Source of the DNA: an uncultured Candidatus Saccharimonas sp.
GTDB lineage: Bacteria > Patescibacteriota > Saccharimonadia > Saccharimonadales > Saccharimonadaceae
Length of the DNA: 32,000 nt
Direction: 5' to 3'
Assembly: GCA_963528875.1 (NCBI GenBank)
Contig: CAURWT010000001.1
Location: 258,638 to 290,637 of the forward strand
Part shown: one piece after another, positions 18,083 through 26,034 of the stretch
Position numbering within the stretch: the stretch's first letter is position 1
Layout of the letters: the number at the start of each line of letters is the position of its first letter
Program-made: the position numbers and the translations under genes
Notes under the pieces: model-generated
Databases searched by the model: none
The model's input: only the letters and a program-made list of their open reading frames with translations
Told to the model about the DNA's origin: nothing

Positions 18083-18424
18083 TTATTTTACTGATTCAAC
18101 AATTTTTGCAAAAGCTTTTGGTTCGCTAACTGCTAATTCTGCAAGAACTTTTCGGTCAAGCTCAATATTTTTAGCTTTCAAGCCAGCAATAAGTTTTCCG
18201 TAAGTGATTCCGTTTTCACGCGCTGCGATATTGATTCGAGTAATCCATAGGGCTCGAAGATCTCGTTTGCGATTTCGGCGGTCACGATATGCGTATTGCA
18301 ATGAACGGATTACGCCTTGTTTAGCTAATCGGTATGAGCGTGTTCGCGCATGTTGCATACCTTTAGCTGCTTTTAGGATTTTCTTATGCTTTGCTCGTGC
18401 TGTTACACCTCGTTTTACTCGCAT
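18083..18424 (-). CDS. rplT: 50S ribosomal protein L20
   Basis: [22 protein letters not shown]...[26 protein letters not shown]. Confidence 0.95.
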   Translation of the reverse strand: MRVKRGVTARAKHKKILKAAKGMQHARTRSYRLAKQGVIRSLQYAYRDRRNRKRDLRALWITRINIAARENGITYGKLIAGLKAKNIELDRKVLAELAVSEPKAFAKIVESVK

Positions 18425-18425
18425 A

Positions 18426-18623
18426 TTATTTTACTCCCAATGCTCGTTTAATATTTTTAGCCATTGCTCCTTCTACGGTTGCAGTGGTGTTAATTCGTCG
18501 TTTTCGACTTTTGCTTTTCTTGGAAAGCATGTGGTTCTTAAAGGCTCGACGGCGTACTACTTTGCCGCTTCCAGTAAGCTTCATTCGCTTTGCTGTGCCT
18601 TTATGTGTTTTTAATTTAGGCAT
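18426..18623 (-). CDS. rpmI: 50S ribosomal protein L35
   Basis: [33 protein letters not shown]... TAATG overlap with the infC stop. Confidence 0.9.
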   Translation of the reverse strand: MPKLKTHKGTAKRMKLTGSGKVVRRRAFKNHMLSKKSKSRKRRINTTATVEGAMAKNIKRALGVK

Positions 18624-19132
18624 TATTTACTCCTTACTACCAAACTCAGATTGCGGCCAGCCATCTGAGGTTTTTGCTCTAATATAGCTTCTTCTTCGAG
18701 AAGGGAAACAATTTTATTAGCCATTTCAAATCCAATTTCTTTATGAGCCATTTCTCGACCCTTGAAAACAATTTGAATCTTAACTTTATTTCCTGCAGAC
18801 AAGAATTTTTTAACTTTTCGAAGTTTTATATCTAGGTCTCCAGAACCAATTTTTAGCCCAAAGCGCATTTGTTTAAGTTCAACTTGTTTAGCTTTACGCT
18901 TATTCTTCTGTTGTTCTTTCATTTTTTGATATTGGAATTTACCCCAATCAATAATTTTAACAACAGGTGGTTCAGCGTTCGGCGAGATTTCTACAAGGTC
19001 TAGTCCTGCTTCTTGAGCAAGATTAAAAGCCTCTTTCGAACTCATAATTCCAAGTTGTTCGCCACTTTGACCGATAACGCGAACTTCGCGAGCGCGAATT
19101 TCTTCGTTTATTCGAATTTTTTTGCTAATAAT
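18623..19132 (-). CDS. infC: Translation initiation factor IF-3, probable ATT start
   Basis: ...ISKKIRINEEIRAREVRVIGQSGEQLG... is a typical IF-3 N-terminus. SD GGAAGGA lies just upstream of in-frame ATT ATT (19132/19129). The track's TTG at 19165 has no SD. Confidence 0.8.
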   Translation of the reverse strand: MISKKIRINEEIRAREVRVIGQSGEQLGIMSSKEAFNLAQEAGLDLVEISPNAEPPVVKIIDWGKFQYQKMKEQQKNKRKAKQVELKQMRFGLKIGSGDLDIKLRKVKKFLSAGNKVKIQIVFKGREMAHKEIGFEMANKIVSLLEEEAILEQKPQMAGRNLSLVVRSK

Positions 19133-19217
19133 TTTCCTTCCTTTCGAATTGCTATTTTTCAGCAATTTACTCGCATATTATTTTATCAAATTTTTTAAAA
19201 TAAATCAAGTATTTTAC

Positions 19218-20723
19218 TTAATTTTCATTTTTATGACGATATTGCAAAGCCTCGCTAATGTGATTTACTTTAATATCTTTTGATGAGTCAAGGTCTGCAA
19301 TTGTGCGTGAAACTTTAAGTATCTTTAGAAATGCTCTAGCAGATAGGTCAAGCTTTGATGTTGCTAAATTTAATAGATCTTCAGCTTCTTTCGAAATATT
19401 AAATTTATTTTTTACATCATTAGTTTTAACCATACTGTTGTATAAATTACTGCAATCATAACGCTTATGCTGTAATTCTAACGACATCTCTATCTGTTTT
19501 TTAGCATTAGCATGTTCAGAATTTTGGTTGTTATTCTTTGAAAGAAGATTTTTGTTATGTATTCTATCAACATTAACGACCATATCAATTCTATCCATTA
19601 ACGGTCCAGAAAGCTTTCTTTGGTAATTAAGAATTTGGGTAGATGAACAAGTGCATTCTTTTGTTGCATCTCCATAAAAACCGCAAGGGCAGGGATTCAT
19701 TGTCGCAATAAGCATAAAATTTGCAGGATAAGAGCTTTTTCGATTTGTACGAGTTATGGTTATTTTTCTGTCTTCTAACGGTTGTCGTAAGCTTTCGAGT
19801 ATAGATTTAGGAAATTCTGGCATTTCATCTAAGAATAGAACACCATTGTGTGCTAGGCTAATTTCGCCAGGTAAAGCTTTCGAGCCACCTCCAATTATGG
19901 AGACTTTACTTGCGGTATGATGTGGCGTGCGAAAAGGCCTCGAAATATTTGAGCTAATTTCATCAACTAAACCGTGAATTTTTAAAACTTCTAATAACTC
20001 ACTTTTCGAAAGCGGTGGCAGTAGATTTAAAGCGGCTTGGGCAAGCATTGTTTTTCCTGTTCCTGGAGGGCCAGTTAGCAGTATATTGTGCCTTCCAGCT
20101 ATCGCGATAGTTAGAGCTCTTTTTGCTTGTTCTTGACTAATGATATCATCGAGAATAATGCCATCGTTATTATCTTTAAAAGTGTTGATATTTTCTTCAT
20201 TTTTTATTATTTTTTCATTTTTAAGATGAAGAAAAATCTCTTTAAGATTTCTTGCGCCAATTAATTTTACGCCGTCTATTATTGAGCTTGTTTCTAAATT
20301 TTCAATAGGTAAGAAAATTTCTTTAATTCCGTAGCCTCGAAGTTTTTCGACAATATTGATAATACCTTTAATTGGTCTAAGATCTCCGTTTAGTGATAAC
20401 TCGCCAACAAATGCGCGAGATTTTAATTCGTGCTGCTTTAGCTGGTTTGAGAGCGTTAAAATCGAAATTGCAATAGGTAGGTCGAAAAAAGTTCCGTCTT
20501 TTGGGATTTCTGCAGGTGCTAAATTGATGATAATTTTCTTGGCAGGGAAATCTAACATTGAGTTTTTGATTGCGCTTCGAACTCGCTCTTTTGCTTCATC
20601 AATTGCTTTATTTCCCATTCCAACAATTTGTAGGCTTGGTAATCCTTTCGAAGAATCTCCTTCCACCTCAATAATCTCTGCTTCATAGCCAATTGGTGCG
20701 GCTGATATAACTTTACTCACCAT
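19218..20723 (-). CDS. comM: YifB/ComM family Mg-chelatase-like AAA+ ATPase (competence-associated helicase family)
   Basis: 501 aa. N-terminal Lon-like ChlI domain, Walker A LLTGPPGTGKTML, Cys cluster NPCPCGFYGD...CTCS, C-terminal Mg_chelatase_C-like region. Confidence 0.85.
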   Translation of the reverse strand: MVSKVISAAPIGYEAEIIEVEGDSSKGLPSLQIVGMGNKAIDEAKERVRSAIKNSMLDFPAKKIIINLAPAEIPKDGTFFDLPIAISILTLSNQLKQHELKSRAFVGELSLNGDLRPIKGIINIVEKLRGYGIKEIFLPIENLETSSIIDGVKLIGARNLKEIFLHLKNEKIIKNEENINTFKDNNDGIILDDIISQEQAKRALTIAIAGRHNILLTGPPGTGKTMLAQAALNLLPPLSKSELLEVLKIHGLVDEISSNISRPFRTPHHTASKVSIIGGGSKALPGEISLAHNGVLFLDEMPEFPKSILESLRQPLEDRKITITRTNRKSSYPANFMLIATMNPCPCGFYGDATKECTCSSTQILNYQRKLSGPLMDRIDMVVNVDRIHNKNLLSKNNNQNSEHANAKKQIEMSLELQHKRYDCSNLYNSMVKTNDVKNKFNISKEAEDLLNLATSKLDLSARAFLKILKVSRTIADLDSSKDIKVNHISEALQYRHKNEN

Positions 20724-20732
20724 AATGTAATA

Positions 20733-20741
20733 ATTTTATCA
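20733..20741 (-). promoter_or_regulatory. Extended -10 promoter (TGaTAAAAT) 9 nt upstream of the comM ATG
   Basis: Minus strand reads TGATAAAAT-TATTACATT-ATG, with no SD. Confidence 0.45.
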
Positions 20742-20766
20742 TAAGCATTTAAAAATCTCAATTTTA

Positions 20767-20775
20767 TGATATAAT
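20767..20775 (+). promoter_or_regulatory. Extended -10 promoter (TGaTATAAT) for tmRNA
   Basis: Lies 11 nt upstream of the GGGG 5' end of ssrA. Confidence 0.5.
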
Positions 20776-20786
20776 GTAAATATGTT

Positions 20787-21161
20787 GGGGCTGAATTAGC
20801 TTTAGACAAGAGGAATTTAACAGTTTGGCTTGCAAGTCGTTTACTGCGTAAAGTATTAAATAAATGCAAAAAACTTTGCAGCTAAAGTTGCAGCATTCTT
20901 TGCTCCAGCTTCAGCACTAGTTGCTGCTTAATTTATTGGCAACCATTTTTCGAAATGGGGCAGTGCGTATTTCGAAAAGTGTCATATTTTTTCACTGATA
21001 GCTTAAAATTTTCGCGATAAATTTTAAGTGAGATTTTTTCGCAACTTTTAATATATTTTTGTTGATTTTTAAGTATTAAATTTTAACCAAAATTAACTAA
21101 ACTTGTAGAAGGCTAAAATGTTACCTTTTGGACCCGAGGGCAGTTCTCGGCGGCTCCACCA
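20787..21161 (+). ncRNA. ssrA: tmRNA (SsrA), one-piece
   Basis: 5' GGGGCTG pairs with 3' CGGCTCC-ACCA, including G3-U70. T arm CCGAG-GGCAGTT-CTCGG. Tag ORF 20866-20931: GCA AAA AAC ... GTT GCT GCT TAA = AKNFAAKVAAFFAPASALVAA. Confidence 0.85.
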
Positions 21162-21178
21162 AAAATATTTTTTAAGAG

Positions 21179-21208
21179 CATCTTTCATACAAGATGTTTT
21201 TTATTTTT
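21179..21208 (+). terminator. Rho-independent terminator after ssrA
   Basis: CATCTT-TCATAC-AAGATG then TTTTTTATTTTTT. A second, bidirectional hairpin ATGAGCG...CGCTCAT lies at 21221-21245. Confidence 0.6.
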
Positions 21209-21241
21209 TGAAAAATAAAAATGAGCGACTGCGAGGAACGC

Positions 21242-21358
21242 TCATTTTATAAATAGTAATGTGGAGTTTTTGATTTTTAATTTTAGAGTTTTATGTGAAC
21301 TGCGGAATTCACTTGAAATAATTTTTATTTTTGGCTCATGTATAAACTTTTTATTCAT
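21242..21358 (-). CDS. Candidate 38-aa basic small protein (MNKKFIHEPKIKIISSEFRSSHKTLKLKIKNSTLLFIK)
   Basis: Below the track cutoff. Minus strand reads TTGACT-17nt-TATTAT, then AGAGGT, 5 nt, ATG. The stop codon is embedded in the 21221-21245 hairpin, which has a T-run on the minus strand. No homology recognised. Confidence 0.25.
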   Translation of the reverse strand: MNKKFIHEPKIKIISSEFRSSHKTLKLKIKNSTLLFIK

Positions 21359-21499
21359 AAGCTACCTCTATAATAATCTAAAATAAACATAAAGTCAATA
21401 CTTTTTTAGACTTTTTTGTATAATTTTTTTGTTCATTAAAATTAACAGATTTAAACGTGTTAAAAGTACAACAAAACTCATTTTATTATGCTTATGGTA

Positions 21500-21528
21500 T
21501 TGACTTTTTGAAATTGTTGTGATACAAT
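21500..21528 (+). promoter_or_regulatory. Near-consensus promoter TTGACT - 17 nt (with TGn) - TACAAT
   Basis: Read directly. The nearest downstream ORF starts ~370 nt later, at 21902. Confidence 0.45.
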
Positions 21529-21901
21529 TTAAATAGCTTTGAAAGAAATAAAAAGCAAAAATAAAAAATAGTTATCGTACATTCCACCAAGCACATTAGA
21601 AATTTTAAAATTTAATAATTTTGAGTTGTCCGCTAGACTTTTTACGGAGTTTGAACGGCGATTTGAAATTAAGGTTTATAAAATCATCATTGGATTTTTA
21701 ACTTACTTTCGAAACGCCAAAAAGCTCCGCAAAAAAATAGCGTAGAGCGCTGAGGCTAATAAGTACTTATATTTTTCAAAAGAAAATATTCAAGGAACCC
21801 TCAATGAAATATGCTTCTCCTTGCGAGAAGCGGTCAACTAGCTCAAAAGAGTAGGCATCAAGGTAGGCCGTAGACCACATATTTTAGTAATTAATTTTGT
21901 T

Positions 21902-22366
21902 ATGATGGCATTCTACTTGCTTACCATTTATACTTGCTTACTCTTTGGGCTGAATCTAACAAAATGGTATTATATTATGATTTCAAAAATTATTTTTAGT
22001 CTGTCTGGGTTGTCGGGTGTTGGTATTTTTTTAATGCTCACTCAAACTTCTCCTAATAAAGTTGGTCCAGTTGGGATCCTCGCATTATTTGCAATGATAT
22101 ATTTGGTTTTTCTTGGTATTATTGCGATATTTTTATATTCTTCACATCGGGTTTTTTCGCTTGCATATTCTTTATTTAGAAAGGGCCAGCCTTCACTAAA
22201 AAAGCAAGAAAAAAATCCAGCTTTCTTTTTGAAATATTCTGCTGCGCTCGCTTTTGCTCCAATTGGAATTATAGCAAAACAATCCACCGGCGGAGTCGGA
22301 ATATTCGAAATATTATTATTGATAATTATTGAAACAATTGCAATAATTTACATTTCAAAACGCTAA
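21902..22366 (+). CDS. Small polytopic membrane protein (about 4 TM), unknown function
   Basis: Hydrophobic ORF with no SD. Start uncertain; alternative ATG at 21977. Confidence 0.45.
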   Translation: MMAFYLLTIYTCLLFGLNLTKWYYIMISKIIFSLSGLSGVGIFLMLTQTSPNKVGPVGILALFAMIYLVFLGIIAIFLYSSHRVFSLAYSLFRKGQPSLKKQEKNPAFFLKYSAALAFAPIGIIAKQSTGGVGIFEILLLIIIETIAIIYISKR

Positions 22367-22372
22367 CGTTTG

Positions 22373-22381
22373 TGATATAAT
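22373..22381 (+). promoter_or_regulatory. Extended -10 promoter (TGaTATAAT) 8 nt upstream of ATG 22390
   Basis: TGATATAAT-AGTTACAT-ATG, with no SD. Confidence 0.45.
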
Positions 22382-22389
22382 AGTTACAT

Positions 22390-22800
22390 ATGGAACCGCA
22401 AAAAAATCTTGAAATTCCACGAGTTTTTGAAGCTCAATCGCAACCAATAAATAATCCTCACGAAGTGAGGAATTTTGGCTTTGAGCAAAATATAAACAGA
22501 ATTGATAGTGATAAGGCTAGAGCCGAAGCTATGCAAGCTTTTTCGAATCAAGATTCTCAGCAGCCAATTTCACAAGCTATTTTACCAGCGGTTCAGAAAT
22601 CATCGGCAAACAGCCCAGTAGCTGTAGTTCCAGCTACTGCAAGAGATATCGACCTCATGGAAGATGAATGGGTGAAAGATTTGAAGAAGATGATAGTTGA
22701 AACTAAGGGCGATCCATATGCTCGTGAGGTTCGATTTAAAGAAATGCAGATAGACTATTTGAAAAAAAGATATAACAGAATTATAAATGGTGGGAAGTAA
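22390..22800 (+). CDS. Hypothetical soluble protein, Q/S-rich N-half and charged helical C-half
   Basis: 136-aa ORF. TAATG coupling to the downstream ATPase. No family recognised. Confidence 0.55.
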   Translation: MEPQKNLEIPRVFEAQSQPINNPHEVRNFGFEQNINRIDSDKARAEAMQAFSNQDSQQPISQAILPAVQKSSANSPVAVVPATARDIDLMEDEWVKDLKKMIVETKGDPYAREVRFKEMQIDYLKKRYNRIINGGK

Positions 22801-25718
22801 TGGGAATTTGGATAATATTATTTATTAGCTTTGTAATTATTTGCGTGGCTTCTTATTTTGCTTTTGATCAATATAAGAGAATGGTTCAAGAGGCGAAAAA
22901 TTATGAGCGTGGCCTAAAAATGGTACCAATTCGTATTCATCTTCCACCGCCAAGCGATGACCTTGAGGTCGGTGGTCGTGATGAGCGGGATGTTGTTGAT
23001 GAAGTTCTTTCTGAAGCTCAAACAATGTATAATATTATTGCAAGTACTGCAACAAAAGGGTTTAAAACTAAACTTTATGGACAAAGACATATTTCTTTCG
23101 AAATTGTTGCAAGTGATGGTCTTGTTCGTTATTATGCGGTCGTTCCTGCAGTTTTGACTGAAACAATCAAACAGGCAATTTCCGCTGCATATCCAGCGGC
23201 TCGTCTTGAAGAAGTTGAAATGGAAAATATTTTTTCTCAACAAGGAAAGATGCAAGGCGTGATTGGCGGTGAATTTGAACTTAAAAAAGACTACTTTTAT
23301 CCAATTGCAACGTATCAAGAAAGCCGTCGTGATGCTGCCCGGGCATTATTAGATGCCTTGAGTGGTGTTGAACGTGGAGACGGAGCGGCGATTCAAATTA
23401 TGTTCAGACCCGCACCTGAGAGTTGGACTCTTAAATCTAATGAAAAGGTTGAGTCAATTCGAAAGGGTAAAGGTAAGAAAAATAATAATACTAAAGCCGT
23501 ACTTGATATTATGGAGGCTTTATGGAAACCGCCTACATACGGTTTAAACACTTCGAACACCGAATATCCACAGCTTACGGCTTTAGAAAATGAAGAAATT
23601 CAAGCAATTGAAGATAAAACTAAATATCCAGGTTATGAAGTTTTAACTCGGGTGGTGACTTCTTCTTCAACTGCTTCGAAAAGTCAAGCAATTTTACAAT
23701 CTATCGTTTCAGCATTTTCGTTATTTGATTCGCCGCGATATAATGGCTTCAAATTTAATATGACTAATAATATTGATGAATTAGTTACTGCTTATATTTT
23801 TCGGTTTTTCCCTCAAAGTACAAATCAGAATATCTTGAATAGTGTTGAACTTTCAACAATTTTTCACTTGCCAAATCAAAATTCAATTCCAACGGGCAAA
23901 ATTGAGCGTCAAAGAATTCGGCAAGTTGATGGTCCAACTGAGCCAATGAAAGAAGGTCTATTGATTGGGGTGAATGAATTCCGCGGTGTTGAAAAGCAAA
24001 TTCGCCTTGGAGTTAATGATCGCCGCCGTCATACATACATCATTGGTCAGACTGGTATGGGTAAATCTAAGCTCCTTGAGAATTTGGCTTATCAAGATAT
24101 AATGGACGGACGAGGTTTTTGTTTTATCGATCCGCACGGAGATTCCGTTGAAGAATTACTTGGGATGATTCCTCAATCGCGAATGGACGATGTAATTTAT
24201 TTCGATCCGAGTGATACCGAGAATCCACTTGGTTTCAATATTTTTGAGGCCTCAAGTCCTGAAGAGATGGACTTTGTGATTTCCGAGACCAATTCAATGC
24301 TAAAATCTCTCTATGATCCAGGAAACACTGGTGTTGTTGGCCCTCGAATGGAGAATATTGTTCGAAATGCAGCTTTACTACTAATGAGTGACCCGGATGG
24401 AGGAACTTTTATGGATATTCCGAAAGTTCTTGTTGACCCAGAGTTCGCAAAGCAAAAAATTAAGTACCTTCGAAATCAACGTGCAATCGACTTTTGGACG
24501 AAAGAGTGGCCAGCTTCGCAAAAATCTAATGATGCAGGAGAACTTGTTTCTTGGGTTGTTTCTAAGTGGGCGCCATTCGAAAGTGGCTTGGTTAATAATA
24601 TTATTGGCCAAAAAAAGAGTGCATTTAGTATTCGCGAAGTTATGGATAACAATAAGATTTTGCTCGTAAATCTTTCGAAAGGTAAACTTGGAGAGGCAGC
24701 AGCAAAACTCCTTGGTATGGTTTTTGTGATGAAGTTTCAAGCGGCAGCAATGAGCCGTGCAGATATACCTGAAGACCAGCGAAAAGATTTTTGTCTATTT
24801 GTTGATGAGTTCCAAAACTTTGCAACCGATTCTTTTGAATCTATTTTGTCTGAAGCTCGAAAATATCGCCTGAATTTAATTTTAGCAAACCAGTTTACAA
24901 CTCAGTTAAAAGATTCAATCAAGGGTGCTATTTTTGGTAACGTTCCTAACAAGATTGTTGGCAGGATCGGTATTGATGACGCGGAAGTTCTTCAAAAGGC
25001 CTTCACGCCAACATTTACCGCTGAAGATTTAACTAAAACGCCTAATTATAATTCAATTACGACTGTTTTAGTTAATGGATTTCCATCAGCTCCATTCACA
25101 ATGAAACTTTTGCCTCCTTTTGGTAAATCTAATCCAGAGATTCGTGAAGGACTTCGAAAATATTCAGCTTCAAAATATGGTCGTCCTCGAGCTATTGTTG
25201 AAGATGAAATTCGAAGGCGTTTAAGTGTTAATCCTGGGGCTAGTTCATCTCAGCCGCAGCTACGCCAAACTCAGACACAGCAAAAAAATCAAGTTAGTTG
25301 GCAGGAGAGGGCGTTCTCGGGCGGCTCTAATAATGTTAATCTGAGTAACTCTAATGATGGTGTTAAAAAAGATTCATTTTTGGATGATTGGCTAAAAAAG
25401 AGGGATGAAATAAGGAGTAGTAATTCAAATTCTAATATTCAACAAAATCAACCAGAGGCTCCTTCAGAGAGTAATTTAGCTAGAACTTTTCAGAAAAACA
25501 TTATGCAGAACCAAAGTGTAAGTTCTTATAACACGAATAATTCAAATAATCCACAAGTTCAGCAAAATATTAAGCCGCAACAAATTCAAAATGATTCTGT
25601 AATTCAGGATATAAGAACTACGAGAATCTCTAATAATTTAAGTAATAGTTCTTCGAATATCGCTAAGAATAACTATAAAAAAGTTGATGACGACGAGGTT
25701 ATATTTAAAATTAGGTAG
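22800..25718 (+). CDS. Membrane-anchored FtsK-HerA superfamily P-loop ATPase; motifs closest to VirD4/TraG/TraD coupling proteins or HerA-like (DUF87) proteins
   Basis: N-terminal TM (IWIILFISFVIICVASYFAF). Walker A GQTGMGKSK (24045-24068) followed by FIDPHGD. Walker B LFVDEFQNF (24801-). ARKYRLNLILANQ. The last ~160 aa are N/Q/S-rich low complexity. Confidence 0.7.
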   Translation: MGIWIILFISFVIICVASYFAFDQYKRMVQEAKNYERGLKMVPIRIHLPPPSDDLEVGGRDERDVVDEVLSEAQTMYNIIASTATKGFKTKLYGQRHISFEIVASDGLVRYYAVVPAVLTETIKQAISAAYPAARLEEVEMENIFSQQGKMQGVIGGEFELKKDYFYPIATYQESRRDAARALLDALSGVERGDGAAIQIMFRPAPESWTLKSNEKVESIRKGKGKKNNNTKAVLDIMEALWKPPTYGLNTSNTEYPQLTALENEEIQAIEDKTKYPGYEVLTRVVTSSSTASKSQAILQSIVSAFSLFDSPRYNGFKFNMTNNIDELVTAYIFRFFPQSTNQNILNSVELSTIFHLPNQNSIPTGKIERQRIRQVDGPTEPMKEGLLIGVNEFRGVEKQIRLGVNDRRRHTYIIGQTGMGKSKLLENLAYQDIMDGRGFCFIDPHGDSVEELLGMIPQSRMDDVIYFDPSDTENPLGFNIFEASSPEEMDFVISETNSMLKSLYDPGNTGVVGPRMENIVRNAALLLMSDPDGGTFMDIPKVLVDPEFAKQKIKYLRNQRAIDFWTKEWPASQKSNDAGELVSWVVSKWAPFESGLVNNIIGQKKSAFSIREVMDNNKILLVNLSKGKLGEAAAKLLGMVFVMKFQAAAMSRADIPEDQRKDFCLFVDEFQNFATDSFESILSEARKYRLNLILANQFTTQLKDSIKGAIFGNVPNKIVGRIGIDDAEVLQKAFTPTFTAEDLTKTPNYNSITTVLVNGFPSAPFTMKLLPPFGKSNPEIREGLRKYSASKYGRPRAIVEDEIRRRLSVNPGASSSQPQLRQTQTQQKNQVSWQERAFSGGSNNVNLSNSNDGVKKDSFLDDWLKKRDEIRSSNSNSNIQQNQPEAPSESNLARTFQKNIMQNQSVSSYNTNNSNNPQVQQNIKPQQIQNDSVIQDIRTTRISNNLSNSSSNIAKNNYKKVDDDEVIFKIR

Positions 25719-25725
25719 TTACTAG

Positions 25726-26034
25726 CTACCTGATTTTATTTTTGACTAATCTTATAAGAGATAAAAAGATGAATAATGTTGATATTAAGTATATCAAAAT
25801 TTCTGATCTTACAGAGAATCCGTTAAGTATTGAAATGTAAAGAACGGAGTAATAAATAATTAACGATAATGTTATTGATATAAAAAGTACTTTTGGCTTT
25901 ATTATTTTTTCGACAATATTTAGTAAAAAATCTAAAACGCTAGAGTGAAAAATACTTCGAAAAAGATTATTTTTGAAATTTGAATCTTTATGTATGAAAT
26001 CTAATATTTTTTGGTAAGTTTGATTATTTTTCAT
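25726..26034 (-). CDS. Small membrane protein (2-3 TM), unknown function
   Basis: Hydrophobic 102-aa ORF. TAATG coupling to the upstream 244-aa gene. Very AT-rich. Confidence 0.45.
   Translation of the reverse strand: MKNNQTYQKILDFIHKDSNFKNNLFRSIFHSSVLDFLLNIVEKIIKPKVLFISITLSLIIYYSVLYISILNGFSVRSEILIYLISTLFIFLSLIRLVKNKIR

Noticed and set aside
18204-18687. Plus-strand ORFs 18204..18614 and 18391..18687
   Set aside because: They are antisense to the highly conserved rplT, rpmI and infC genes. The Arg/Phe-rich translations are typical of a ribosomal-protein antisense frame.
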